A program made the position numbers and the translations under genes. 64,000 nucleotides of DNA from an uncultured Phycisphaerales bacterium (GTDB lineage Bacteria; Planctomycetota; Phycisphaerae; Tepidisphaerales; Tepidisphaeraceae), in assembly GCA_963844715.1 (NCBI GenBank), contig CAWJPJ010000006.1:1088001-1152000 (forward strand), in the 5' to 3' direction. The stretch's first letter is position 1. Each line of letters begins with the position of its first letter. Below, one piece after another: positions 30,372 through 41,234 of this stretch. Below the pieces are notes generated by a model. The model did no database searches, was not told where the DNA came from, and worked only from the letters and a program-made list of their open reading frames with translations.

Positions 30372-31460
30372 TTAAACGGCGACCGCGCCCCTCCTGATCT
30401 TGCCGGTTAGTTCGTAGACATACGCCAGAATTTCGGCCACCGCCGCGTAGAACTGCTCCGGAATCTCCTCGCCGACATCGACCATGCGGTAAATGGCGCG
30501 AGCCAACGGCGCTCTTTCGACGATCGGCACGCCCGCCTCGGCGGCCAATTCGCGAATCCGCTGCGCCATGTAATCCGCCCCCTTGGCGATCACCCTGGGG
30601 GCGCGCATGGCGTTCTGCTCGTACTTCAGCGCCACCGCCACGTGCGTCGGATTGGTCACCACCACGTCCGCCTTCGGGACGTCTTTCTTCAGTTTCTGCA
30701 TCGCCCGCTGGATCGCGATCTGTCGGCGCCGGCGTTTCACCAGCGGATCGCCTTCCATGCTCCGCATTTCATCTTTCACTTCCTGCTTGGTCATTTTGAG
30801 CTGCTGTTCGTTGCGATAGCGCTGTTGCGCGTAGTCGAGGATCGCCAGAACGAGCAGCAGCACCCCGATGCGGATGCCGATTTGATAAACCAGATCGCAC
30901 CCGATCCCGAAAATCTGGGTAAAAGTAAATTGCTGCACGGAAACGATCTGCGCCAGCCGGTTTCCAATCGCCGAATAGGCGACCATCCCCACCAAAACAA
31001 CCTTGAGCAGATTCATGAGCAGATGCATGCCGCCCTGGCCCATGCTGAAGATTCGTCCCAGCCCGCGCGTGGGGTTGAGAGCCGCGAAATTCGGCGTCAA
31101 TCTCGCCGTGTTAAAGTAAATTCCGGTTTGCGCCAGATTCGTCGCAATGACGAGAAGGCAAATCCCGCCCAGAATCGGAACCAGCGAAATCCCCACCACG
31201 CCGAAGCAATAAACCGCCTGCTCCGCCAATCGCGCCGGCGACTGATCCGCCATCGAGGGGCCGGACAACATTTCCGTCACCACCGTGTCCATGGCCATGA
31301 TGACTTTTTCGCCGAACCATTTCAGAAGCAGCAAGCCGCCAATGAGAAGCACCGCGGCGGTCAGATCGGGGCTGCGCGCGACGTTCCCCTGGTCGCGCGC
31401 TTCCTGGCGGCGGCGGGCCGTCGGGGCTTCTGTTTTATCTCCACCTGCATCTTCTGCCAT
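30372..31460 (-). CDS. flhB: Flagellar export switch protein FlhB
   Basis: KTEAPTARR; KMTKQEVKDE..EGDP; TNPTH autocleavage motif. Confidence 0.98.
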   Translation of the reverse strand: MAEDAGGDKTEAPTARRRQEARDQGNVARSPDLTAAVLLIGGLLLLKWFGEKVIMAMDTVVTEMLSGPSMADQSPARLAEQAVYCFGVVGISLVPILGGICLLVIATNLAQTGIYFNTARLTPNFAALNPTRGLGRIFSMGQGGMHLLMNLLKVVLVGMVAYSAIGNRLAQIVSVQQFTFTQIFGIGCDLVYQIGIRIGVLLLVLAILDYAQQRYRNEQQLKMTKQEVKDEMRSMEGDPLVKRRRRQIAIQRAMQKLKKDVPKADVVVTNPTHVAVALKYEQNAMRAPRVIAKGADYMAQRIRELAAEAGVPIVERAPLARAIYRMVDVGEEIPEQFYAAVAEILAYVYELTGKIRRGAVAV

Positions 31461-31530
31461 AAACTGCTTCTCTTTTTCCCGTGCTCATGCCTTCTACTAC
31501 GGCACATGAGTCAGGGGACTATCTCGGCCC

Positions 31531-32298
31531 TCACCGCGTCGTATACCCGGCGTACATGGACTTCATCGCCTCGAACATCGCATCGCGAATCACCGAACTC
31601 GTCAGGCTCAACCCGACGATGATCACAACCGTTCCGATCAATCCGCGCAGAGCGATTCCCGCGGTCATGATGTTCAACTGCGGCACGGTCTTTCCGACAA
31701 ATCCAAGAATGAGATCGACCACCAGCATCGTCACCAGCACCGGCGCGGCCAGTTGCATCGCCAGCTTCGTGGCCCCGCCGAACAGCCCGATCATCGTCGC
31801 GAAAACCGGCCGATTGATTCCAACTGAAAGCAGCGGCAGGGACGTAAAGCTGTCGTGCACGCCGCGCAGCATGGCGCGGTCTCCGTCGATCGCGATGAAG
31901 ATCATCAAAGTCAGGAAGTAATAGACGTCGCCGATCATCGACCCGTGCGCCCCGAATTGCGGATCGAACGTCTCGCCGAGATTCAGCCCCATTTGCTGTC
32001 CGATGATTTCCCCCGCCCATTGCGCCGCGACGAAAATCATGCTGAGGATGGTCCCCATCGCCAGTCCGAACATGATTTCCCCGCCGATCGCGATCGACAA
32101 TCCCCAGATCGTGCTCGGCATGTCGATGGGAGGCGGGATGCTCGGCGTCAGCGATGCCGCCAGAACAATCGCCAATAATCCTTTGACCCGCTTTGGCACA
32201 CGCGCGCTTCCCAAAAGCGGCGCGAACACCATCATCCCCGCCACGCGGAACAGAACCAGCAGGTAAACCCCGGCGAAGTTGATCAGTGCGTCGAGCAT
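31531..32298 (-). CDS. fliR: Flagellar export protein FliR
   Basis: Hydrophobic; AGEIIGQQMGL..FDP; GFVGKTVPQLNI. Confidence 0.95.
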   Translation of the reverse strand: MLDALINFAGVYLLVLFRVAGMMVFAPLLGSARVPKRVKGLLAIVLAASLTPSIPPPIDMPSTIWGLSIAIGGEIMFGLAMGTILSMIFVAAQWAGEIIGQQMGLNLGETFDPQFGAHGSMIGDVYYFLTLMIFIAIDGDRAMLRGVHDSFTSLPLLSVGINRPVFATMIGLFGGATKLAMQLAAPVLVTMLVVDLILGFVGKTVPQLNIMTAGIALRGLIGTVVIIVGLSLTSSVIRDAMFEAMKSMYAGYTTR

Positions 32299-32313
32299 GA
32301 CGATGCAAGCCGA

Positions 32314-32577
32314 TCATCTTGCCTGGCCCGTGACGAACATGGTCGCCGCGTAAATCATCAGCCGGTGGCTCATCCACGGCATCAGCGCGATCGCCGCTAC
32401 CACCATCGCCAGAATCTTGGGAATGAACGACAGCGTCTGCTCCTGAATCTGCGTCACCGCCTGAAGCAGCGAAACGAAGATGCCGACGCACAGGCCGATC
32501 AGCAGCATCGGCGCTGAGATCGTCAGCGCCAAAAGCAGCGTGTTACGAATAAGTTCTGTTGCCTGATCCAGAGACAT
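32314..32577 (-). CDS. fliQ: Flagellar export protein FliQ
   Basis: VSLLQAVTQIQEQTLSFIPK. Confidence 0.97.
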   Translation of the reverse strand: MSLDQATELIRNTLLLALTISAPMLLIGLCVGIFVSLLQAVTQIQEQTLSFIPKILAMVVAAIALMPWMSHRLMIYAATMFVTGQAR

Positions 32578-32652
32578 GCGAAACACCCTTCCTTGAGTGT
32601 TGTCGATCGCCGCGGCGTTCCATCCATGGTCCGCCCAGGTACTGAACGGCGA

Positions 32653-33483
32653 TCAAGTCACGAAGCTACCCATCAAACTCCCGGCAATCAAGCGCCACCC
32701 GTCCACCAACACGAACAAAAGCAGTTTGAACGGCAGCGAAATAAGCACCGGCGGCAGCATCATCATCCCCATGCTGACCAGAACCGTCGAGATCACCATG
32801 TCAATAATCACAAAAGGGAGATAGACCTTGAACCCCAGCAAAAACGCCGTCTTCAGCTCGCTGATCATGAACGCCGGAATCAGCGTCGTGGTCGTCACCT
32901 GGTCCCAGCGGGTGGCCCGCGGCTCATGGTTGAACTCCATGAACAGATCGACGTCCGTCTCGTTGTGGCTCTGCGTGATCTGCTTCTCCATGAATTGCCG
33001 CACCGGACCCTCGGCGCGGACCAGCGCCTCCTGCTGCGATATTTGCCCGTTTAGATACGGCTGCAGCGCCTGGGAATTCACGCGCCCCCACGTCGGACCC
33101 ATCACCAGAAACGTCATGAACAGCGCCAGGCCGATCATTATCTGATTCGGCGGCAATTGCTGCGTGCCCAGCGCCTGGCGCATCAGCGACAACACGATGA
33201 TGATGCGCGTGAAGCTCGTCATCATCAGCAATATCGCCGGCGCCAGCGACAGCACCGTCAGCAAAATGATGATCTGCATCGCGGCGGAAAAATTGTCTTT
33301 TTGAGTTAGATCGGGCAACTGCCGCAGCGGCGACAGCGCGGTCTCGACCGCGGGCACTGGCGCGCCCGCCTGTGATGAAACGGCATCATCCGCGCGGACA
33401 AAACTCGGCGCACGAAAGAACACCGACAGAAGTAAGAGATAATATCCCCAACGGCGTGGACTCAGGTGAGCATCCTTTCTCAT
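32653..33483 (-). CDS. fliP: Flagellar export protein FliP
   Basis: TSFTRIIIVLSLMRQALGTQQLPPNQ; PAFMISELKTAF; SLPFKLLLFVLVDGW. Confidence 0.97.
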   Translation of the reverse strand: MRKDAHLSPRRWGYYLLLLSVFFRAPSFVRADDAVSSQAGAPVPAVETALSPLRQLPDLTQKDNFSAAMQIIILLTVLSLAPAILLMMTSFTRIIIVLSLMRQALGTQQLPPNQIMIGLALFMTFLVMGPTWGRVNSQALQPYLNGQISQQEALVRAEGPVRQFMEKQITQSHNETDVDLFMEFNHEPRATRWDQVTTTTLIPAFMISELKTAFLLGFKVYLPFVIIDMVISTVLVSMGMMMLPPVLISLPFKLLLFVLVDGWRLIAGSLMGSFVT

Positions 33484-33592
33484 CGAGCGTCCCAATAAAA
33501 CCGAGCGCGTTTATAACGCGCCAAACAGCGCAATGGTAGCGCCTCGTAAATATTTCTTTGAATTTTTGCCGGAAATTTACAAACGCCGTCGG

Positions 33593-34331
33593 TCAGGATC
33601 GCCCGAGTTGCTTGGCGAGATCGCGCACTTTCTGCGACAGCCCGGACAACTCGTCGCGCGTTTGCGCGATCGCCGGATCGACTATCTCGTGCGTTGGATC
33701 GAACGGCACATCCGCCCCCTCTGTCGATTCCGTTCGTCCCGCCGGGTCGGCCGTTTGCTCGGCCGTCCGCTCGATCTCCTCCTGGGCCGGCTCCTCGGCG
33801 TAAGGCTTGCGCGCCTTCCCGAAGAACATTTCAAATCGTTTCAACGATGTAGCTGATTCCTCGCGCACCTGGGCGACGATCGCCTCGACTTCATCTTGCG
33901 AAGTGATCTCACACAATGGATTGAGTTGCGCCCCGCCGTCTCCCACCACAATTAGCCGTTTCCCGACCTGGACGAGGAGAAGATGTTGCCGCGGCGAGAT
34001 CGTGAATCGGCACAAAACCTGCATCGCCCGGGTCGATCTCTGCGGGACCGCCCCGGGAAACACCCGCCGCAGCCCGAATCGAAGCACAAAGATCAACCCG
34101 ATCACCACTGTCAACGCAATTGCCACCCGAGCCGAATCAAATCCACCCGACGGAGCACGCGCCGTTGGTCTTGGCACTCGCCGCCGGTGAATTTGCAGGA
34201 TTTGCCGCGGAATCGCGATGAATCGACTGATTATCCAGCGTAGCTTCCGGTGTATCGGCGTCAGTCGGCGGCGCAGCGAATGCCCGGCCCATTCCGCCAA
34301 GGATAAAACCGGCAAAAATTGCCGCTGCCAT
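33593..34331 (-). CDS. fliO: FliO-like protein (frameshifted near 34158)
   Basis: Signal-like N-terminus (ORF 34137..34331), TM VAIALTVVIGLIFVL, then ISPRQHLLLVQVGKRLIVVG; lies between fliN and fliP. Confidence 0.8.
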
Positions 34332-34349
34332 CTATGCGCAGGACCGCGA

Positions 34350-34972
34350 TCACAACCCCTCCTCTTTGACCCCCGACACGATCTCATTCACGCGCACGCA
34401 GAAATTATCGTTGAGTACCAGCACTTCCCCTCGCGCGACGAGCCGCTCGTTGACAAACACATCCACCGGGTCGCCCGCCAATTTGTCCAGCTCGACGACG
34501 CTTCCCTCGCTGAGCTTCAGGACGTCCTCGACCATCATCCGGCTGCGTCCCAGCTCGATCTTCACGTTCAATTCGACGTCGCGCAGAAGATCGATGCTCG
34601 AGACCTGGGCATCGGTAATCACCTGCTGGAAACTCGGGAGCTTGAAGACCTCCGCATCGGGAGCCGCCCCGCCCGGCACGACGGCGGCCGCGTCCTCAAA
34701 ACTCGCCTGCGACAAGACATCCTCGCTCCCGGCGTCGGCTCCCGCCGGACCCGGCTCGCCGGATGGGACCGCCGCGGACATTCCCGCATCGGCGGAAGAT
34801 GCGACCGCAGCCGCGACCTCCCCCGGCGCGACTTCCGCCGCGACATCCGCCGCCGCTTCCGCGGCCGGCGCGGCGCAGCGGCAGGCGACGCCGCTTCAGC
34901 CGGCGCGGCGGCTTCTGGCTTAATCGTGGGTTCGGGCGTGGGACTTGCGGGAGGGGGCGCTTCTTCGGCCAT
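34350..34972 (-). CDS. fliN: Flagellar motor switch protein FliN with Ala/Pro/Glu-rich N-terminus (frameshifted)
   Basis: [20 protein letters not shown]...[30 protein letters not shown]. Confidence 0.93.
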
Positions 34973-35024
34973 ATGTCACCATCCTTGGCGATCAAACCGC
35001 GCCTTCATGCGCGGCCGGCGGCGG

Positions 35025-35658
35025 TTAGTAATCCGTTCGGAACGATAGGCACTTCGGCACCAGCACCTCGTCGATCATCCCGTCGCCGAGGATTTCGTCC
35101 AACTGGTACTTCACCTGCCGTCGCAACGTTTCGAGCCCCGGTTCCGAGCCGCCGCCCAGTTTTTCCGGGTCTAACTCGGCGATTATCGTACGCACCCGGT
35201 CCCTGATCAAGGCGTCGTGCTCCGAAATTCCTTTTTTCACCTTGTCAGCGAATTCCGTCTTTACGGACAGGGATATCGCCACGTCATACAAATAGGTCCG
35301 CCCGCTCAACCGGTTGGGAAATTTGTCGTCGAGAAGCTGAATTTCGACCGTCTGATCCGCCGTCGCGCCCGACGCGTCGGTGGAAGCGGTGTCCTGTTTC
35401 AATTCGTTGGTTAGATCCGCGTTGGCGCTCTTCGCTCCGGCGCCAAGGAACTTGAACCCAGCGAACAGAACCACCGCCTCGATGAGCATGACCGCGCCCA
35501 GGATCACCGGGGTCTTGGCCAGCAAGCCGCCAATTCCACCCCCGCCGCCCTTTGGCTCGGCTGCTTCCGCCGGCGCCGCGGCGCGCGGCGCCCTTGCCGG
35601 CGTCCTTCTCCTTCTTTTCACCACCCGCTTCCGCTTTTTTTTCCGCTTTCTCGGCCAT
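35025..35658 (-). CDS. fliL: FliL-like basal-body protein (frameshifted near 35585)
   Basis: Charged N-terminus MAEKAEKK, single TM, then FPNRLSG...IRDRVRTII...LETLRRQVK..LDEILG...IDEVL; position upstream of fliN. Confidence 0.75.
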
Positions 35659-35722
35659 GACGGACTACCAACCCTTTCTTACGTCCGATAACGGTCAACA
35701 CCGGCTACCCCGGTCATAAACT

Positions 35723-35750
35723 GTATCGGCTCAAGAAAGGGCATGCTCGA
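35723..35750 (-). promoter_or_regulatory. Candidate sigma-28 promoter upstream of fliL
   Basis: Minus strand TCGA-N16-GCCGATAC versus consensus TAAA-N15/16-GCCGATAA. Confidence 0.4.
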
Positions 35751-35782
35751 CGCTTTACCGCCCAGAACATGCTATTTTCACC

Positions 35783-35977
35783 TTATTCGGTCACCGGCTT
35801 TCGGATCACCCGGGCGTAATCAATGGCCCTTCGCATCACTTCCGCCAGAGTTTCCTTGACCATCAGCTTCTCGCCGCTCTCGCAGCAGACCACCGTATCC
35901 GGCGTCGATTCGACGTAACGGATTTTTTCGGCGTTGACCACGAACTGCTGCCCATTCAAACGCGTCAATGCGATCAT
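35783..35977 (-). CDS. flbD: Flagellar FlbD family protein
   Basis: MIALTRLNGQQFVVNAEKIRYVESTPDTVV...GEKLMVKE. Confidence 0.93.
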   Translation of the reverse strand: MIALTRLNGQQFVVNAEKIRYVESTPDTVVCCESGEKLMVKETLAEVMRRAIDYARVIRKPVTE

Positions 35978-36008
35978 GACAGGTCCCTTCCTGGGAAAAA
36001 AAGTGCTC

Positions 36009-36058
36009 AAAAAAAAATTGGCCCCCGCGACAGCAGAATAAACACCTGTCGCGAGGGC
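36009..36058 (-). terminator. Terminator-like hairpin between flgE and flbD
   Basis: Minus strand GCCCTCGCGACAG-loop-CTGTCGCGGGGGC, then CAA and a T run. Confidence 0.5.
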
Positions 36059-36112
36059 TCGAATTATCTTCGCGATCCGCCACAGCTCCGCCGGGTTGGA
36101 TCGGTTCCGTTT

Positions 36113-37841
36113 TCATCCGTTTGCCGAGTTTAGCAGGTTCGTTAACAACTCATTGCTCGTGCTGATCACATGGCTCGATCGCGCTGAATCCCGTCGAGGC
36201 AATGATCATGTTGATGAACTCCTTGGAAATGTCCACGTTGCTCTCTTCCAGCGATCCCGAAAGAACGGTGCCCGTGCTGTCGCTTCCCGGCGTGGTGATC
36301 TGGGCCGCGCCGCTGTCGGCGCCGGCTTGGAAAAGATTTCCGCCTTCGTTGTTCAATCCGTCCGGATTATTGAAGTTCGCCAGCGCGACCTGTCCGAGCG
36401 TGCGGGTCAGGCCGTTGCTGAACGCGCCGGTGATGGTCCCGTCCGTTCCGATCGAATAGCTGGTCAACGTCCCGATCGGCGAACCATCCTGGTCGCTCAT
36501 CACCAGCGACGAACTGGTGCTCGCCAGCGAAGACGTGCCGCTGAAATCCAGATTCATCACCACGGGAGTTCCCGCCCCCGTGCCCGTCCGGTCCACCGTG
36601 ATCGTCGTCCCGGTGGTGCTCGCCAATTGACCTTCGCTATTAAACGTCAACGTTCCCGTCCCGACGACGGGGCCGTTTCCGCCCGTGTTGTCCGGACTCG
36701 TTGCGTAAAAACGCCAGGTATTGCCCGTATCCGCCGTGCTCTCCAGTACCGCGGTGACATCAACCGTGACCGGTGTTCCCAGCGAATCGTACGCGGTGAT
36801 CGCGGTTGTCGTGCTTTCGCCGACCGGATCGTCCTGATAGACCGTGCCCGACACCGGATCGGTATAAGTTCCGCTGGTAAACGCCAGAGGCGTGCCGCCC
36901 TGCGTGGTATCGTCAAGACCGGTCGTGCCCAGCGTCAGAGCGTTGGCGGTGCCGCTGTTGCCGATGATCGTGAGCTGCGCGTCGGCGCCATTGGTGACCA
37001 GCGCGGCGCCGGGCGGCGGATTGCCGGGCTCCGAGACCGTCGTGTTGATCCCCAGCGACTCGTTGATGAAATTCTGAAGATCGCCGACCGTCGTCGTGGA
37101 CGTCACGGTGAGCGAACTGCTGGGCAGCGTCGCCGACCCGCGCGTCCCCGCCATGGTCAGGACATCGCCGGCGTTGTAGACGGCGGCGGGAGGAGTGTCC
37201 GTCGTGGTCAGATCCACCAGGTCCGTCGCCGCCGTCGGGTCGCCGGCTGCCGTCGTGAACGCGGTGCTGGTAAGAATGGACGCCCCCGCGGCGACGTTCC
37301 CGGCCGCGTTGAGGTTCCCCTGCATATCGACGTTCTGAGTCGCCTTGGCCTGGGTCGACTGGCCCAGCGGAATCGTCAGGTTCGTCAACGCGCCGGTCAG
37401 AATATTTCCGTTCTGATCGGCGTTGTATCCCTGCACGAACGCGCCCTGGCTGTTCACCAGCGCATTGCTCGAATTCAGACTGAAGTCGCCGTCCCGCGTG
37501 AATTGCTGCCCGGCGGGGGAGTTCAGGACGAAAAAACCCGACCCGTCGATCGCAAGATTGCTGTTGACTCCCGTCGAATCAATCGCCCCAGGCGTGAAGT
37601 CCGTGCTGATCGAACCGATCTGCGTTCCCAAACCGATCTGGCTGGGATTGGTCCCGCCAAAATTCGAATCCGGCGCTGTTCCCGCCAATTGTGTCACATA
37701 AAACTGCGGCGTGAATTCGACCGAACTCGACTTGAAAGCGACCGTATTGACGTTCGCGATGTTGTTTCCAATGACATTCAGCCACTGCTGATTGGCGTCG
37801 AGACCCGACAGTCCGGTGAATAGCGTACTGGTCAGTGCCAT
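36113..37841 (-). CDS. flgE: Flagellar hook protein FlgE (frameshift near 36180)
   Basis: LNVIGNNIANVNTVAFK; GSGFF; TRDGDF; SGSLEESNVDISKEFINMI; corrected end SSHVISTSNELLTNLLNSANG*. Confidence 0.95.
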
Positions 37842-37930
37842 AACAAACGCTCGATGCTGTTGCGAAGACTTCCTGTAATGGAAAAGATCGGCGGCGGCTC
37901 AGCCGCGGCCGTGGGCGATCCTTCGCCGCA

Positions 37931-38419
37931 TCAAGACCCGGTGCCTGTTCCTGTGGTGGTGGTCGTGGTTCCCGTCGTGGGATTGGTGATGCTGGTCACG
38001 TTGCCCAGCCCGACTGTCGAGCCGTTACTGAGTGAAAGGTTCACGCCGTTGGTCGTCACCTGAACCGCGGTGACGGTTCCCTGCTGCTGATTGTTGAACT
38101 GATCCGTCCCGGTAATGTCCTTCCCGATCATGTTCGCCGCCGACGAAACGGAGTTCTGCTGAACCATGCCGCTCAGGCTGGTTTGCAGATCGCTCGACGA
38201 TTCCAACTGTCCGATTTGGCTCAGCTGTGACAGCATTTGATCGCTGCTGGTCGGATTGAGCGGATCCTGGTTTTGCAATTCGGTGATGAGAAACTGCACG
38301 AAATCGCCGCCGTTGAGCGACGACAGTGGATCGCCCGCCGACGAGCCCGTCGAGGAGTTCGTCGCCGACGCCGGAATCTGATCGGTCAGCCCGGGAAGCG
38401 ATGAGTTGATCGCGGACAT
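37931..38419 (-). CDS. flgD: Hook capping protein FlgD
   Basis: FVQFLITELQNQDPLNP...QLSQIGQLE. Confidence 0.92.
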   Translation of the reverse strand: MSAINSSLPGLTDQIPASATNSSTGSSAGDPLSSLNGGDFVQFLITELQNQDPLNPTSSDQMLSQLSQIGQLESSSDLQTSLSGMVQQNSVSSAANMIGKDITGTDQFNNQQQGTVTAVQVTTNGVNLSLSNGSTVGLGNVTSITNPTTGTTTTTTGTGTGS

Positions 38420-38426
38420 GTATCCC

Positions 38427-38454
38427 CTTTCGGCTCTCCCTGCAATGCGGTTTA
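38427..38454 (-). promoter_or_regulatory. Candidate sigma-28 promoter directly upstream of flgD
   Basis: Minus strand TAAA-N16-GCCGAAAG, ending 7 nt before the ATG. Confidence 0.4.
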
Positions 38455-38632
38455 AAAATCCGACTGGGTAATTTCCCCCCGCGCCGTTCCTGCGCCGACT
38501 TTGCGCCAATCTTCGCGGCCCCCTCATTTCCGCTCGCGCGCTATTCGAACCGGCGGACAGAAAAAGATCGCCCACAAAACGCCCGGATCAACTCAATGAT
38601 TGAAATGATTGAAAAGCCCAAACGAAATGAAT

Positions 38633-40082
38633 CTACGCGACCAGATCGAGCGGATCGCGCCCACCCGAAGCCCGCCGCCACATCCGACGCAGCACTTCCC
38701 TTCGCTGCTCCTCGCGTTGGCTGCTCTGCTGATCCCCCGCATCCTGTTTCCCGTCCCCATCCCGCTGATCCGACTTGCGCCCGAATTCTCCGACCGCGAA
38801 GACTGCTGCACGTGCAGCCGATCCACACCGATCCCCTGCGCTTCCAGCGATTGCTTCAATTGGCTCAGGCTATGGCTGAGCAGCTTCGTCGCGTCATCCG
38901 TTGACGTTTCAAACGTCGCCGAGATCACGCCATTCTGAACCTTCACGCTCACCTGCAACGGCCCCAATTCGGGCGGATCGAGCCGAATCTGCATTGTCCC
39001 GCCGTTGGGAAGCAATTGCCCCCCAATGACCGTGACGATTTTCGCAACATTGGCGCCGGCCGTCGTATCCGCGGGCGGCTCGGGCGTCGCAACCGCCGCC
39101 CCCGCGGACGAAACCGCCGGCGCTTTGGTCGGGCTCGCGTCTCCGGTGAGCAATCCGCTCACCTGCGTCGTCAATGGCGTAACCGGGGTCACCACCGCCT
39201 TGGAATTTGTTCCAACCGTGGATTGAACGGAATCACTTGTCGCAACGGGATTTTGCGCCGTCGCAGCCGCATTTCCCTGCGAATTGTCGGACTGATCCGA
39301 CTCTACGTCGGCCCCAGCGGAACCATGCCCCGCCCCCTTTCCGACTGCAACGCCCGAACATCGCGCATTCGTCCCCGCGGGCGAATCGCCGCCATCCAGC
39401 GCAATCCCCCCGGCAATCGCCGCCGTCGGCGCCGCTGTCGGCGCAGTCGTCGGCGTAACCGCCGGCGCTGCCGCCACCTCCACCACCGGATTCGTCGAAT
39501 CGTCCTTCGAGTCGGAATTCTGATTCTTCTGCTGGCGCTGCTTCGACCCGTTCCATTTGGACTGCTCATCCACCGGTGGGACGGCCGGCTGCTGCGCCGA
39601 GGTATTCGGTTTTGTCGGAGCCGCATGCTGGGGCGCACTCGACTCCGCCTGATTCGACTCCTCGACCGGACCATCCGCTTTGACCGGAGTTTCGCCTTGG
39701 CCTGTGCTTCCTCCTCCGCCACCGTCTCCTGGGCATTTTCCGGCTGATTTTCCTGATTTTCCTCCTGCGGATTCTCGTTTTCCGCGTCGGTCGGCTGCGC
39801 CGGCGCCTTCGCCTGCGTGGCCGGCTTGGACGACGTCGCCGCTTGCGAAGCTGTCTGCCGGGCCGAACTCGACCCCGCTGCCTTTCCGGATTTCGACGAC
39901 TTACCCGTCTGTGCCGCCACCGGAGCCGACTTAGCCGCCGCCTGGCTGGACTTGGCGTGCGCCCTCTTCAAATGCGTGGGAAACTGGCTCTGGTTATCCG
40001 TCTGGGATGGGGCCGAAGACGCAGAACTCTTGGGCGCCGCCGGCGGATTCAAGGGCAATAAGTTGGCTATCGTCGTGTTCAT
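38633..40082 (-). CDS. fliK: Hook-length control protein FliK (several frameshifts)
   Basis: Long low-complexity N-terminus, then MQIRLDPPELGPLQVSV...LSQLKQSLEAQGI; corrected end DPLDLVA*. Confidence 0.88.
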
Positions 40083-40084
40083 GG

Positions 40085-40747
40085 CTATTTACCATCGGCC
40101 GAAGCGAGTCGCATTCTTTCCAAAACCTGTTGAATGAACGCCGTCTCGTCCGGCGTTTTGAATTCCTTGATGATCTTCGCGGCGTCCCGGGGATCCATCG
40201 CGTCGAGGTAATGCTCCACTGTCACTTCGTCCAGCGTCATGAAAATTGTCTTCACCTGTTTGCTGGGCATCGCGGTGTACAAAGCGAGGCTGTCCTGGAA
40301 ACCCTTGTCGGCGGCCAATTTCGCGGATTCGTCCTCCCGGCTATTGAGGGCGGCCTGATCTTTTTCGAACGCCGCGCGGTCCGCCGCGAGTTTTTGTTTC
40401 GCCAGATCGACCTGCTTCTCTAAATCCATCAGTTCGCGTTGCCGCCGATCGAGGATGAGCATCTGCGCATCGAAAGTTTGCTGGATCAATTCCACCTGCT
40501 CGCCCGCCGGCCGGCCCGACATTTTCGCCAACAGCTCATCCAGACGCACCGTCGGCCGCGTGGCCGCTTCGTCGGCGAGCGATTCCTTCTGCTCCGCGGG
40601 AGCCGGCGGCGGGAAGACGATCTCGCGAATCTGCTTGAATTTCGCTTTGTCCACATGCCCGGACCTGACCAGCCACCCCACCCCCCCCGCCAGGGCCAGA
40701 AAATTCATGGCCAGGGTCAGCATGATTACGGTGAATATCTTTTTCAT
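40085..40747 (-). CDS. MotE/FlbB-like flagellar protein (TM, coiled coil, MgtE-N-like end)
   Basis: N-terminal TM, coiled coil, YTAMPSKQVKTIF...LDAMDPRDAAKII; located between fliJ and fliK. Confidence 0.75.
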   Translation of the reverse strand: MKKIFTVIMLTLAMNFLALAGGVGWLVRSGHVDKAKFKQIREIVFPPPAPAEQKESLADEAATRPTVRLDELLAKMSGRPAGEQVELIQQTFDAQMLILDRRQRELMDLEKQVDLAKQKLAADRAAFEKDQAALNSREDESAKLAADKGFQDSLALYTAMPSKQVKTIFMTLDEVTVEHYLDAMDPRDAAKIIKEFKTPDETAFIQQVLERMRLASADGK

Positions 40748-41214
40748 GACGAACGAGCCTCCTGCTCAGTCCGCTCCAGGCGTCCCATCTGCATCGCCAC
40801 TTCGTCCATCTCATGCAACTCGTATCGCGCCAGGTCCTCGCGCCATCTTTCGAACTGTTTTTCCCGCAATTTTTCGATCGCTTTACGCCGTTTCATCGCC
40901 TCGGTCAGCTTCTTTTGCGCTTCATCCACCTTGACCTGCACCTGGGCCATTTGTTCCGCCAGCGCCAGGGCCTTTCGCTGCATCGAGAACGCGAACCGCC
41001 GATGCGCCGCCAGAAACCGCAAATCCAGTTTCCCGATCAGGCGATTTTCGCGCAAATCCTTGTCCGCGTCGCGCACGGTCTGATCGAGCGCCCGGAGTTG
41101 TTCCTTGAGCGCCGTCATATCTTTTTGAATGACGCCCAGCTCCAGCAGCCGCTGCCGCTCGGCGTTTTTGCGCTCCTTCAGGACGCCCTCGAGTTTGAAA
41201 ACAAACTTGGCCAT
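40744..41214 (-). CDS. fliJ: Flagellar export protein FliJ
   Basis: MAKFVFKLEGVLKER...KAIEKLREK...EMDEVA coiled coil, immediately after fliI. Confidence 0.88.
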   Translation of the reverse strand: MAKFVFKLEGVLKERKNAERQRLLELGVIQKDMTALKEQLRALDQTVRDADKDLRENRLIGKLDLRFLAAHRRFAFSMQRKALALAEQMAQVQVKVDEAQKKLTEAMKRRKAIEKLREKQFERWREDLARYELHEMDEVAMQMGRLERTEQEARSS

Positions 41215-41234
41215 GAGGTCCGACTCTTATTTCC

